Assembly (NCBI RefSeq): GCF_000284455.1
Contig: NC_017039.1
Span: 810,001 to 842,000, forward strand
DNA: 32,000 nucleotides
Origin: Synechocystis sp. PCC 6803 substr. PCC-P
Lineage (GTDB): Bacteria > Cyanobacteriota > Cyanobacteriia > Cyanobacteriales > Microcystaceae
Direction: 5' to 3'
Part shown: positions 8,222 to 19,395 of the stretch, piece after piece
Position numbering within the stretch: the stretch's first letter is position 1
Layout of the letters: each line of letters opens with the position of its first letter
Program-made: the position numbers and the translations under genes
The notes under the pieces: generated by a model
Databases searched by the model: none
What the model saw: only the letters and a program-made list of their open reading frames with translations
What the model was told of the DNA's origin: nothing

Positions 8222-10234
8222 CTAGCTCAGGAGAGTTTTAGCTTTGGCCAGCACATTATCAACGCTGAAACCAAATTTCTCGAGGCAAACCCCGCCGGGC
8301 GCCGAGGCACCAAATGTTTCAATACTAACTGTATCTCCTTCCGTGCCCACATATTTGTGCCAACCAAAGTTGGTGGCGGCTTCTACGGAAAGGCGTTTGG
8401 TGACAGCCTTTGGCAACACTGACTCTTTGTAGGCGGCATCCTGGGTTTCAAACAGTTCCCAGGAAGGCATGGAAACTACCCGGACTTTCTTGCCTTGAGC
8501 GGCTAACTTTTCAGCAGCAGCCACACAAAGTTGTACTTCGGAACCCGTACCTATCAAGATTAACTCAGGAACACCTTCAGAATCAACAATGGTATAGGCA
8601 CCTTTGGCCACGGCATCAATGGAAGTTCCAGGCAAATTGGGTACCGCCTGCCGGGTCAAGGATAACAGGGTGGGGGCATTTTCCTTCGCTTTGGCGATCG
8701 CCACTTTGTAGGCACCGGAGGTTTCATTGCCATCGGCGGGACGAATCACAGTCAAGTTGGGAATAGCCCGGAGGGAAGCCAGCACTTCAATGGGTTGGTG
8801 GGTGGGACCATCTTCCCCTTGACCAATGGAGTCGTGGGTCATGACCCAAATTACCCCTGCCTCGGAAAGGGCCGAAAGGCGAATGGCGGCCCGCATGTAA
8901 TCGGTGAAAATTAGGAAGGTAGCACCGAAGGGTAGTAACCCAGAACCGTGGAGAGCAATACCGTTACAGATAGCCCCCATGGCATGTTCCCGTACCCCAA
9001 AGTGGACGTTACGGTTTTGATAAGCTCCTTTTTGGAAATCCCCAGAGCAGTGAAGTTCCGTTAGGTTGGAGTGGGTTAAATCCGCCGAACCACCAATTAA
9101 CTCTGGTAATACGGGGGCCAACGCATTGAGACATTCCTCGGAATATTTCCGGGTGGCCAAACCCTTTTGATCGGGGGTAAAGCTAGCTAGGGTTTTGTCC
9201 CAACCTTCCGGTAAAGCACCGCTCAGTTGCCGTTCAAAGGCGGCCGCTTCAGTGGGATATTTGGTTTTGTATTGGGCAAAGGCTTGGTTCCATTCCGCTT
9301 CGTAGCTGGCTCCCCGTTCAATGGCTTTGCGAGTGTAGTCCAACACCTCCTGGGGCACTTCAAAGGGAGCATAATCCCAACCCAAGTTTTTGCGGGTGGC
9401 GGCCACTTCATCAGTGCCCAAAGCAGCCCCATGGATGCCCGCGGTATCGGATTTATTGGGCGCACCGTAACCAATGATGGTGGTGACTTTGATCATAGAA
9501 GGTTTATCGGTTACGGCCTTGGCTTCCTCAATAGCCTTGGCGATCGCCGCCAAATCGGTATTGCCATCTTCGACATGGAGCACGTGCCAACCGTAGGCTT
9601 CAAAACGCTTGCTCACATCTTCGGTGAAGGCCACATCGGTGGAACCATCAATGGAAATATGATTGTCATCATAGAGGGCGATTAATTTACCCAAACCCCA
9701 ATGCCCTGCAATGGAAGCGGCTTCCCCGGAAATACCTTCCATATTGCAACCATCCCCCAGAATCACATAGGTGTAATGGTCCACAATGGTGGCATCAGGC
9801 TTGTTGTAGGTGGCAGCCAAATGGGCTTCCGCCAGGGCTAAACCCACACCATTGGCAATGCCTTGACCCAAGGGGCCGGTGGTGACTTCTACTCCAGCAG
9901 TGAGAAAATTCTCCGGGTGACCGGGGGTAGAAGATTCCCATTGACGGAACTGTTTAATGTCTTCGATGGTCACACTGTCATAACCCAGCAGATAGAGCAG
10001 GGCATACTGCAACATGGAGCCATGGCCGGCGGACAACACAAAGCGGTCCCGATTGAACCACTTGGGGTTCTTGGGATTGAACTTCATGAACTTGTTCCAC
10101 AGGGTAAAGGCCATAGGAGCGGCTCCCATGGGCAAACCAGGGTGGCCAGATTTGGCCTTTTCAATGGCGTCAACGGCTAAAAAGCGAATGGCATTAATAG
10201 AAAGTTCGTCTAAGGACTGGGTAGCAACGACCAT
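8222..10234 (-). CDS. tktA: Transketolase
   Basis: 670-aa [64 protein letters not shown] and [18 protein letters not shown]. Confidence 0.97.
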   Translation of the reverse strand: MVVATQSLDELSINAIRFLAVDAIEKAKSGHPGLPMGAAPMAFTLWNKFMKFNPKNPKWFNRDRFVLSAGHGSMLQYALLYLLGYDSVTIEDIKQFRQWESSTPGHPENFLTAGVEVTTGPLGQGIANGVGLALAEAHLAATYNKPDATIVDHYTYVILGDGCNMEGISGEAASIAGHWGLGKLIALYDDNHISIDGSTDVAFTEDVSKRFEAYGWHVLHVEDGNTDLAAIAKAIEEAKAVTDKPSMIKVTTIIGYGAPNKSDTAGIHGAALGTDEVAATRKNLGWDYAPFEVPQEVLDYTRKAIERGASYEAEWNQAFAQYKTKYPTEAAAFERQLSGALPEGWDKTLASFTPDQKGLATRKYSEECLNALAPVLPELIGGSADLTHSNLTELHCSGDFQKGAYQNRNVHFGVREHAMGAICNGIALHGSGLLPFGATFLIFTDYMRAAIRLSALSEAGVIWVMTHDSIGQGEDGPTHQPIEVLASLRAIPNLTVIRPADGNETSGAYKVAIAKAKENAPTLLSLTRQAVPNLPGTSIDAVAKGAYTIVDSEGVPELILIGTGSEVQLCVAAAEKLAAQGKKVRVVSMPSWELFETQDAAYKESVLPKAVTKRLSVEAATNFGWHKYVGTEGDTVSIETFGASAPGGVCLEKFGFSVDNVLAKAKTLLS

Positions 10235-10356
10235 AATGTTTGGAAAAATAAACTAGCAATAATTGGGTCAATATCCACCGGGGGGCGGTAATGGTAGGGG
10301 CCAAGGCAGGCCAAATTGCTACCATCTTCCCACGGTTCGGGAAATTTTTCGGTGGG

Positions 10357-11607
10357 CTATTGATATTTTTTGAAAGCTAAGGTGACGTTATGGCCACCAA
10401 AACCAAAGGAGTTGGATAGGGCTACATCCACTATTAAAGCCCGACTCTGCCCCGGCACATAATCCAAATCACACTCAGGGTCGGGGTTCTCCAAATTAAT
10501 GGTGGGGGGTACCTTATCTTCGGCGATCGCCATTACGGTGGCCACCGCTTCGATACCTCCGGAGCCGCCCAACAAGTGACCGGTCATAGACTTAGTAGAA
10601 CTAACCGCAATATTGTAGGCATGATTTCCCAACGCCTGTTTAATGGCACGGGTTTCCGTCACATCGTTAGCAGGGGTGCTGGTACCATGGGCATTGATGT
10701 AACTGACCATTTCCGGTTTCAATCCGCTGTCTTTTAAGGCCCAGGCGATCGCCCTGGTGGCTCCCCGACCATCCGGCACTGGGGCGGTAATGTGATAGGC
10801 ATCACAGGTCATGGCATAGCCCACCATTTCCCCATAAATTTTTGCTCCCCGGGCCAAGGCGGATTCCAATTCTTCTAGGATCAAAATGCCCGATCCTTCC
10901 CCCATCACAAAACCATCCCGGTCCTTATCGAAGGGACGACTGGCATGGAGGGGATCATCATTGCGGAAAGATAAAGCCCGGGCCGAAGCAAAACCTGCAT
11001 AGCTCAGCGGGGTAATGGCCGCTTCCGTGCCACCGCAAATCATTGCCTTAGCATAGCCATTTTGCACCAAACGAAACGCATCTCCAATGGCATTGGAACC
11101 CGCCGCACAGGCCGTCACCGTACAGTTATTGGGACCCTTGGCCCCTAAGTTGATGGCGGTTAACCCAGAGGCCATGTTGGCGATCATCATCGGGATCATA
11201 AAAGGACTGCAACGGCTAGGACCCTTATCCAACAGAATGGTTTGTTGATCTTCCAGTACTTTCAAACCACCAATGCCCGTGCCAATCAATACCCCGATTT
11301 CATCGGCATTGAGTTCGTTAATCACCAACTTAGCATCGTTAATTGCCTGTTGACTGGCACAAACAGCAAAATGGCAAAACCGGTCCATCCGTTTAGCTTC
11401 TTTGCGGTCAAGAAACTGGGTAGCATCAAAATCCTTTACTTCCCCTCCAAAACGGCAGGCTTGGTCACTAGCATCGAAACGGGTAATGGGGCCAATGCCG
11501 TTACGACCCTCCATTAAGCCTTGCCAATAGTCTTGGAGAGTATTACCGATGGGGGTGATGGCTCCCAATCCCGTTACAACAACACGTTTCTTTTCCAAAT
11601 TTGCCAT
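10357..11607 (-). CDS. fabF: 3-oxoacyl-[acyl-carrier-protein] synthase II
   Basis: Start assigned to MANLEKKRVVVTGLGAITPIGN at 11607 (ORF track extends to 11697). Catalytic Cys in TVTACAAGSNAIGDA; SNSFGFGGHN near the C-terminus. Confidence 0.96.
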   Translation of the reverse strand: MANLEKKRVVVTGLGAITPIGNTLQDYWQGLMEGRNGIGPITRFDASDQACRFGGEVKDFDATQFLDRKEAKRMDRFCHFAVCASQQAINDAKLVINELNADEIGVLIGTGIGGLKVLEDQQTILLDKGPSRCSPFMIPMMIANMASGLTAINLGAKGPNNCTVTACAAGSNAIGDAFRLVQNGYAKAMICGGTEAAITPLSYAGFASARALSFRNDDPLHASRPFDKDRDGFVMGEGSGILILEELESALARGAKIYGEMVGYAMTCDAYHITAPVPDGRGATRAIAWALKDSGLKPEMVSYINAHGTSTPANDVTETRAIKQALGNHAYNIAVSSTKSMTGHLLGGSGGIEAVATVMAIAEDKVPPTINLENPDPECDLDYVPGQSRALIVDVALSNSFGFGGHNVTLAFKKYQ

Positions 11608-11804
11608 GGTACTTAATAGATAGAATCGGGGAGGGGACTCCCCTGGAGTTCTCCGCAAAGATACAGCGACGGGGCCAGGGCCTAGCCCGAGGGGCAAACT
11701 GATAAACCCAAAACCGGCATTGGGGCAGTCCTAAACAGTGGCTTAAACCGTCCGAGAACTCGGCTCCAAAGATCTATGGGGGGAGTCGGGGCTATGGCCG
11801 GAAT

Positions 11805-12038
11805 TTATTTACTTTCGATATGCTCAACGGCTTTGCCCACGGTATCAATGGTTTCCGCCACTTCATCGGGAATTTCAATATCAAACTCTTCTTCCAGGGC
11901 CATGACCAATTCCACTGTATCGAGGGAATCAGCCCCTAAATCTTCGGCAAAGGTGGCATCGGGGGTCACTTTGTCAGGATCCACTTCCAACTGTTCCACG
12001 ACGATTTTTTTTACTTTTTCAAAAATTTCCTGATTCAT
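11805..12038 (-). CDS. acpP: Acyl carrier protein
   Basis: 77 aa from [17 protein letters not shown]. Phosphopantetheine site [18 protein letters not shown]. Confidence 0.97.
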   Translation of the reverse strand: MNQEIFEKVKKIVVEQLEVDPDKVTPDATFAEDLGADSLDTVELVMALEEEFDIEIPDEVAETIDTVGKAVEHIESK

Positions 12039-12247
12039 TACAATACCTTTAACTATAAAAGAAGAGTTTTCGTGCTGGGTCAACGGCCGATCGCCAGCAA
12101 AACGGGGGACAGCTTGGGGCTGTCGCAGGGCCGCCTGGTTAGCAATGCGCTCAATTGTTCAGCGTTAACCATCTTAACGGAAAGGTATCCCTTGCACTAG
12201 ATGCTTCCCCTGTCCCTTGGCCAGAAACATTTGTCAAATAGGGGCTT

Positions 12248-12679
12248 CTATTCTCCCCAGTGGGGCAAGATTTTTTCTATGTAACTCAACCGGGCCAGGG
12301 CAAAGAGAATGGCCTGCCAATTTGGTTGCTGGGTATCTCCTAGGCACAGTAATTGTTCCTGGGGGCAACCGATGCGACCAGGGCTAGACGAAAATGTGAG
12401 TGAGGGATCGATGGCCAAAACTTCACTTTTTTTCTCGGGCACAACACAAAATTCATAGCCTTGGGAACGTTTACCATCCTCTGGGCCCATCAATCCATAG
12501 ACATCGATAACCCCTAGAGGAAATTGGATTTTATCCAAATAATTGGGCACCTTTGCTGTCAGTTCTGGGACGTCAGCGGCGATCGCCATGGGAACGGGAA
12601 CATATCCATAACCTCCACTAAGGCTGAAGCTGGCTATGGTCAAAATTGCTAAAAAAAGGCGATTTACAGTTGATGCCAT
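12248..12679 (-). CDS. Hypothetical secreted protein
   Basis: 143-aa ORF with hydrophobic N-terminus (LFLAILTIASFSLSGGYGYVPVPMAIA), no recognised domain. Confidence 0.55.
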   Translation of the reverse strand: MASTVNRLFLAILTIASFSLSGGYGYVPVPMAIAADVPELTAKVPNYLDKIQFPLGVIDVYGLMGPEDGKRSQGYEFCVVPEKKSEVLAIDPSLTFSSSPGRIGCPQEQLLCLGDTQQPNWQAILFALARLSYIEKILPHWGE

Positions 12680-12715
12680 ATTTTTAGATTAAACTTGGTC
12701 ATTTACTCGGCGTTC

Positions 12716-12961
12716 TTAATCCGAGACTTCCGTTTTTTCTTCCTGAGGCCGAATCACTTCCAAATACTGGCTTTCCAACAGAAAAGTGCCTCGGTCAAAC
12801 TTTACTCCCCAATAGCCAGCCGGTCGACGGTCTACCACCATTCCCTCCGCGGCGATCGCCAATAAATCCGGAGGACGGAGCATGGGCATGGGATCAGCGG
12901 TTTTCAAATAGGGGGGACGGGCAATTAAACGAACTGGGGCACCGACAAACAAATCAGCCAT
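12716..12961 (-). CDS. sipA: SipA-like small regulatory protein (DUF3148-type, SH3-like)
   Basis: 81 aa, VGAPVRLIARPPYLKTADPMPMLRPPDLLAIAAEGMVVDRRPAGYWGVKFDRGTFLLESQYLE, matches the SipA family as remembered. Confidence 0.7.
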   Translation of the reverse strand: MADLFVGAPVRLIARPPYLKTADPMPMLRPPDLLAIAAEGMVVDRRPAGYWGVKFDRGTFLLESQYLEVIRPQEEKTEVSD

Positions 12962-13148
12962 ATTGGTTCAGTTTAAGGTCAGAGAGGGACACTTCCTTTG
13001 AGAAAAAGGCAATTTTCCCAGGGGTAAAACATTAAAACAATTTAAACAATTTATTGCTGTCCCAGTAAATAACTCCGTCGTCGGACCGTGAATGGGTAAA
13101 AATGGAAACAACAACATCAAACAAAACTCCACATCAGAGGATAACAAC

Positions 13149-13622
13149 ATGGAAGGCAACCTGGAAGTCAGACAACATCTCAACCAAGCGTTAAAGCTAC
13201 AACTTACTGCGATTAACCAATATTTTCTCCATGCTCGCATGTGCAAAAATTGGGGGCTGAACGCACTTAATCAGTACGAATATAAAGTATCCATCAAGGC
13301 AATGAAGCAGGCCGATAGCCTGATCGAGCGGGTTTTATTTTTGGAAGGACTCCCCAATCTCCAAAATTTGGAAAAACTTCTCATCGGCGAGACGGTACCG
13401 GAAATCCTGGGCAATGATCTGACCATGAACCAAGGCATTAGGGATGGTTTAGTTAACAGCATTGCCTTCTTTGAAACCCAACGGGACTATGTAAGCCGGG
13501 ATGTGTTGTCGGAAATTCTTGAAGAAACAGAAGAACAAATTGACTGGTTAGAGTCCCAGCAATGGCTTATCAGTAATTCTGGACTGGAAAATTATCTCCA
13601 ATCCATGATGGGGGAAGAGTAA
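13149..13622 (+). CDS. bfr: Bacterioferritin (BfrB-type, ferroxidase ligands absent)
   Basis: 157 aa from [45 protein letters not shown], clear ungapped similarity to E. coli Bfr. ORF track starts further upstream at 13092. Confidence 0.93.
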   Translation: MEGNLEVRQHLNQALKLQLTAINQYFLHARMCKNWGLNALNQYEYKVSIKAMKQADSLIERVLFLEGLPNLQNLEKLLIGETVPEILGNDLTMNQGIRDGLVNSIAFFETQRDYVSRDVLSEILEETEEQIDWLESQQWLISNSGLENYLQSMMGEE

Positions 13623-13637
13623 ACCAAGATATGGTTA

Positions 13638-14228
13638 CTACGGATAGAGCACTTCTCCTGTCATAGTGCCTTCTAAGCTATGAACATAGGCTTGGGCCAC
13701 TGTTGCGGCTGGTAATCCGTTGCCCAGGGGCATTCCTAGTGAGAGCAAGGTTTCGTTGACCCAGGGAGGACTAACAACGTTAATGCGAATTCCTCTCGGG
13801 GCTTCCAATGCCGCTGCCCGCACAAAGCCTTCCAACCCAGCATTGGTGAGACTGACAGCACTGCCCCCGGGAATGGGTTTTTGGGACAAAACCCCGGACG
13901 TAACAGTAATACAACCATTGTCCGTCAGCGCCTGTAAACCATAGCGGATCAGATTGACCTGTCCCATGAGTTTACTGCCTATGCAAAATTCAAAATCTTG
14001 GTCCGTTAGACCGGCCAGGGGCTTCAACCGAGTTTCCCCTGCTGCCGAAACGATAGCGTTTAATACCCCTACCTGTTCAATCAAAGCCTGGATAGACGCT
14101 GGATCAGTGAGGTCTACCGAAAAATGACTGCCCTGGCGACTGGCCTGTAACACTTCGTGTTTACCTTGAAGACTGGTGACAATAGCCTTGCCGATGGTAC
14201 CGGTGGCGCCAATGATCAGGATGCGCAT
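13638..14228 (-). CDS. Short-chain dehydrogenase/reductase (SDR) family protein
   Basis: MRILIIGATGTIGKAIVTSL N-terminal nucleotide-binding motif, NAIVSAAG, PGGSAVSLTNAGLEGFVRAAALEAPRGIRINVVSPPWV. Confidence 0.85.
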   Translation of the reverse strand: MRILIIGATGTIGKAIVTSLQGKHEVLQASRQGSHFSVDLTDPASIQALIEQVGVLNAIVSAAGETRLKPLAGLTDQDFEFCIGSKLMGQVNLIRYGLQALTDNGCITVTSGVLSQKPIPGGSAVSLTNAGLEGFVRAAALEAPRGIRINVVSPPWVNETLLSLGMPLGNGLPAATVAQAYVHSLEGTMTGEVLYP

Positions 14229-14335
14229 GGAAAAATCTTGTGGGAGATTATTTTTAGTCCAGTCTGGCACTGTACCACTGTCCCCCGCAACCCACAACAA
14301 TTCACCATGGGGTAAAAACTCATTAAGCTGCCAAT

Positions 14336-14369
14336 AAAAAACTCCCCCTAATCTGGCCGACTAAGGGGA
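14336..14369 (-). terminator. Possible rho-independent terminator downstream of rplY
   Basis: Minus strand TCCCC...GGGGGA imperfect hairpin followed by TTTTTT. Confidence 0.4.
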
Positions 14370-14482
14370 ATCGCAAATTCAGGGTTAAGATTTGGACAAA
14401 GTCCGTCAACATCCCCAACCCAACTATTTTTTCCAATGCTTTCTAACGTGTTTCATCATCCCCAGGAACCTAGGGGATACCG

Positions 14483-14779
14483 TTATTTTTTACCGGCAAA
14501 AAAAGCCAAGTGGTAAAGATTCCGGCGCCAAGGATGGCACTGAATCTCCTGCACTACGGCTTCCCCTTCCCAGGAAAGATGGGGGATTTTAACTTCAATG
14601 GGGGTTTCTTTAACAGTCACACTCCGCAACATGGTGATGGCGGTTTTATGATCCACCACTAGGGAAATGGATTCTGCACCATTGTGTCCATAGAGGGTCG
14701 CGGGAATTAAACCTTCCCGACGCAAAGCTCTAGGATTAACTTTTTCGGGACGTTGTTGACATTCAATGGAAAGGGCCAT
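14483..14779 (-). CDS. rplY: 50S ribosomal protein L25, short form
   Basis: 98 aa from MALSIECQQRPEKVNPRALRREGLIPATLYGHNGAESISLVVD. The upstream part of the ORF-track ORF overlaps purA and is unlikely to be translated. Confidence 0.85.
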   Translation of the reverse strand: MALSIECQQRPEKVNPRALRREGLIPATLYGHNGAESISLVVDHKTAITMLRSVTVKETPIEVKIPHLSWEGEAVVQEIQCHPWRRNLYHLAFFAGKK

Positions 14780-14838
14780 GGTAATACTCGTAAAAATAAT
14801 AATCAGGGTTAACAAAGGAAAGGCAATTTTGGGCCACA

Positions 14839-16176
<1,338 letters not shown>

Positions 16177-16324
16177 TTATTATAAGAAAGTTCACACAAA
16201 CTATCACTATTGCACTTTTGGGATTTGATGTCAACGCCTAGCGCACTTTTTTTCTGGAGCGCCACCCACGATCTCTTGTTGCTATATCGATTCTGAAAAT
16301 AAATTCTCGGCGTTCCGTGGTCAA

Positions 16325-16522
16325 TTAGCCCCAATGATCGAGAAGGAGATCCAACTGGGAGGTATTGATTAGACCATACTGCCAAAAAATGACTGGTAGA
16401 TAGGAGGGCATGGCCTCGGTTTGTTTCAGTCCCCAGGCAATTTGCTCCGCTGACAGTGAAAATTCTTTTTTTAATAGTTGAATAAAATTTTGGGACACTA
16501 CCATGGACTGCTCCTGGGGCAA
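16325..16522 (-). CDS. Small conserved cyanobacterial hypothetical (DUF2949-like)
   Basis: 65 aa, QNFIQLLKKEFSLSAEQIAWGLKQTEAMPSYLPVIFWQYGLINTSQLDLLLDHW. Confidence 0.6.
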   Translation of the reverse strand: MPQEQSMVVSQNFIQLLKKEFSLSAEQIAWGLKQTEAMPSYLPVIFWQYGLINTSQLDLLLDHWG

Positions 16523-16544
16523 GAATTAATTTTTGCTGGCAACT

Positions 16545-16664
16545 CTAGTAACGACGGTCACTATGCTCAACTCTGATGGCGATCGCCTGGGGGGCGACAC
16601 TGGGCCGGAGTTGTTGGAATAGGGCGAAACCTAGGACTAGGAAAGCGCAGACGGCAATTAACAT
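16545..16664 (-). CDS. Candidate 39-aa single-TM small protein
   Basis: Read manually: MLIAVCAFLVLGFALFQQLRPSVAPQAIAIRVEHSDRRY*. Hydrophobic N-terminal helix then polar tail; below the ORF-track length cutoff. Confidence 0.4.
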   Translation of the reverse strand: MLIAVCAFLVLGFALFQQLRPSVAPQAIAIRVEHSDRRY

Positions 16665-16763
16665 ACAATTCACTTTGTAAACTTATGTTAACAATCCTAT
16701 AAGTTTCTCTCATAATCTGCAATGGGGTATTTACCGACCTTGGGCAGAGCTTTCCTAGCCAGC

Positions 16764-16791
16764 AAAAAAACCAGACCGTGAAAACGCCTGG
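16764..16791 (-). terminator. Rho-independent terminator downstream of rpmE / end of the ribosomal cluster
   Basis: Minus strand CCAGGC-GTTTTCACG-GTCTGG-TTTTTTT (one G.U pair in the stem). Confidence 0.65.
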
Positions 16792-16891
16792 CTGAAAAAG
16801 AATCTAAAAAGTCATTAAGTTAAGGTCTAATTTTCCCGAAGGCAGACCATGGGGGAATCCTAGAGAAAATAAGAAGAAGAAATCCGTTTAC

Positions 16892-17137
16892 CTATTTCTT
16901 TTTCTTATCTTGTTTGTCTCCGGTGGTTTTTTCCTTCATGCCATACTTACGCATAAAGCGGTCAACACGGCCTTCGGTATCAATAATCTTCTGGGTACCA
17001 GTGTAGAAGGGATGGTTGCCAGACCAGATCTCTACGTTGATTTCTGGCTTGGTGGAACCAACGGTCATAATCACCTCTCCGTTACAGGTGACTTTGGCAT
17101 CGGGATACCAGGTGGGGTGAATATCAGCTTTGGGCAT
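16892..17137 (-). CDS. rpmE: 50S ribosomal protein L31 (C-minus, zinc-independent type)
   Basis: 81 aa from [65 protein letters not shown]. Confidence 0.95.
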   Translation of the reverse strand: MPKADIHPTWYPDAKVTCNGEVIMTVGSTKPEINVEIWSGNHPFYTGTQKIIDTEGRVDRFMRKYGMKEKTTGDKQDKKKK

Positions 17138-17189
17138 GGTCAGTCCTAATAATTCCAATAGAGGGGTACGGGTAAATCCAAATCTCCAA

Positions 17190-17603
17190 TTAACGCTTGG
17201 AGTACTGAGGCGCTTTACGGGCTTTGTGGAGACCGTATTTTTTCCGTTCTTTCGCTCGGGGATCCCGGGTGAGATAGCCTTCCGCTTTCAAGGGTTGACG
17301 ATTTTCGGGGGAAAGTTGGCACAGGGCCCGGGCCACACCAAGCTTCACAGCATCAGCTTGGCCGGTTAGGCCGCCACCATGGGCATTAACCAAAATATTG
17401 TATTCCCCTTCTAAGCCCAGGGTTTCGAGGGGAGCTTTCAAACTTTGGATGTAGTTGGCAATGCGGTTGAAATAAATTTCCCCAGGCTTGCCGTTAACAA
17501 TCACTTCCCCCTGACCGGGCACTAGACGTACCCTGGCGATCGCCGCTTTACGACGGCCGGTGCCCCAATAGACGACTTTGTTGCTGGAATCGTTAGCTTG
17601 CAT
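17190..17603 (-). CDS. rpsI: 30S ribosomal protein S9
   Basis: [17 protein letters not shown]...[24 protein letters not shown]. Confidence 0.97.
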   Translation of the reverse strand: MQANDSSNKVVYWGTGRRKAAIARVRLVPGQGEVIVNGKPGEIYFNRIANYIQSLKAPLETLGLEGEYNILVNAHGGGLTGQADAVKLGVARALCQLSPENRQPLKAEGYLTRDPRAKERKKYGLHKARKAPQYSKR

Positions 17604-18058
17604 TAGTTAGCTCCTGCAGGAATGGTATTGATAACAAGGGTTTCTGGCTGTTGGGCCGCGTGGGGATGGCTCGGGCCAGCGTAGACTTTTAGCTTGGTGA
17701 ACAACTTACGACCGAGGCTATTTTTGGGCAACATTCCCCGCACAGCACTTTCAACAATTCTTTCCGGTAGACGAACTTGGAGTTTTTCAAAGGTCTCTTC
17801 CTTCATCCCACCGGGACGGCCAGAATGGCGACGATACAGTTTTTGCTCCCGTTTTCTGCCGGTAACTTCTATTTTTTCCGCATTAATGATAATGACAAAA
17901 TCACCGGTGTCCATGTGGGGAGTAAAGGTAGGCTTATTTTTGCCCCGCAGAATGGTGGCCACTTCGGTAGCCAGACGGCCGAGGCGTTGACCTTCGGCAT
18001 CAATGACGTACCATTTGTGGTCTAGGTTGTCGATGGTTGGTAATACAGTTTTGTTCAT
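17603..18058 (-). CDS. rplM: 50S ribosomal protein L13
   Basis: [31 protein letters not shown]...[34 protein letters not shown]; 1-nt overlap with the rpsI start. Confidence 0.97.
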   Translation of the reverse strand: MNKTVLPTIDNLDHKWYVIDAEGQRLGRLATEVATILRGKNKPTFTPHMDTGDFVIIINAEKIEVTGRKREQKLYRRHSGRPGGMKEETFEKLQVRLPERIVESAVRGMLPKNSLGRKLFTKLKVYAGPSHPHAAQQPETLVINTIPAGAN

Positions 18059-18122
18059 AGTTTTCAAAAATACCCCCGCTTAATAACGGGACATAATTAT
18101 TTGCCTTGCTAATTTGGCTTGG

Positions 18123-18953
18123 CTAGCCTGTGAATTGCCACAGGGGTTGACTATCAAACCAAAGGGAATCAGGCAAGGGAAAATTTTCATAACCGACCCG
18201 TAGTAGGCACAAACCTTTGGCCGGGGCAGCATATTTGACCAGATCTCGCCGCTGATTAACCCAAATATCATTGAAGTCAGTCAGACTGCGTTGTCCAGAG
18301 CCCACTTCCGCCAGCATGCCCACCAATAAGCGCACCATGCCATAGAGAAAACCATTGGCTTGGATTTCCAAATAGACCATGGGCCCCCGGCGGTAACATT
18401 CAACCCCCTGTACTTCCACCCAGGAATGGCGTCGGGCTGACCCCGCTCGGTGGAAGGCCGCTAGGTGATGTTTTCCTAGCAATGGTTCCATGGCAGCTTG
18501 TATGGTCTTCTCCTGGAGGGGAAAACGATAGTAATGCCAACTGAACTGATCGGCGAACAGATTAGGCCATTGATCTGTATAGATGCTGTAACGATACCGT
18601 CGCCACAGAGCAGAAAAGCGGGCGTGCCAATGGCTATCCACCGCCGCTGACCCCCTAACTATTATGTCTTGGGGCAAATGACCATTAAGAATTTTACTCC
18701 AGCGGTGGGGAGGAATCTGTCCCACTGGGTCGTCAAAATGGGCCACCTGGGCCGCTGCATGGACCCCTGCGTCTGTTCTCCCGGCACCATGGAGAGTGAC
18801 GGGCTGCCCCACCACCTTGGCGATCGCCAACTCCACTTCCTCCTGGATGGAAGAAAAATTAGGTTGACGTTGCCAGCCATGGAAATGGGTGCCCAGATAT
18901 TGCATTACCAGAGCAACCCTTTGTTTACCAGCAGACGGAGAAGAATGCATCAA
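18123..18953 (-). CDS. truA: tRNA pseudouridine(38-40) synthase TruA
   Basis: YLGTHFHGWQRQP, catalytic Asp motif GAGRTDAGVHAAAQVAHFD, GFLYGMVRLLVGMLAEVGSG. Confidence 0.95.
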   Translation of the reverse strand: MMHSSPSAGKQRVALVMQYLGTHFHGWQRQPNFSSIQEEVELAIAKVVGQPVTLHGAGRTDAGVHAAAQVAHFDDPVGQIPPHRWSKILNGHLPQDIIVRGSAAVDSHWHARFSALWRRYRYSIYTDQWPNLFADQFSWHYYRFPLQEKTIQAAMEPLLGKHHLAAFHRAGSARRHSWVEVQGVECYRRGPMVYLEIQANGFLYGMVRLLVGMLAEVGSGQRSLTDFNDIWVNQRRDLVKYAAPAKGLCLLRVGYENFPLPDSLWFDSQPLWQFTG

Positions 18954-18967
18954 TACAAGAAGTCTAA

Positions 18968-19318
18968 CTAGACCAATTCAATCACAGCCATTTCCGCATT
19001 GTCACCCCGGCGACGTAGGGTTCTAATAATGCGGGTATAGCCCCCATCCCTGTCTTTATAGCGGCTGGGAGCATCCGCAAACAAAGCGTGGACTGTGGGT
19101 TTGTCATACATATAGCCTAGGGCCCGGCGACGGGCGGCCAGGGAACCATCCTTAGCTAGGGTAATCATGCGGTCTACCTCAGAACGCACGGCTTTAGCTC
19201 TAGCCTTAGTGGTCTTGATTTGTCCGTGGCGGATTAACTCCGTAGTTAAAGCCCTCAGCAGGGCCTTTCTTTGGTCAGCGGGCTTCCCCAACTGAGGCAC
19301 TCGACATCTGTGTCGCAT
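18968..19318 (-). CDS. rplQ: 50S ribosomal protein L17
   Basis: [45 protein letters not shown]. Confidence 0.97.
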   Translation of the reverse strand: MRHRCRVPQLGKPADQRKALLRALTTELIRHGQIKTTKARAKAVRSEVDRMITLAKDGSLAARRRALGYMYDKPTVHALFADAPSRYKDRDGGYTRIIRTLRRRGDNAEMAVIELV

Positions 19319-19395
19319 GGTAACTGAACTCCTAAAAAATTAACAACAGGGGGTTACTCTAAGGCAAGCAGCAGTAATCAAACCCATTGAGCTTG

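Noticed and set aside
9227-9685. 152-aa plus-strand ORF (and neighbouring 8410-8766, 9863-10180)
   Set aside because: Antisense to transketolase, which is unambiguous on the minus strand.
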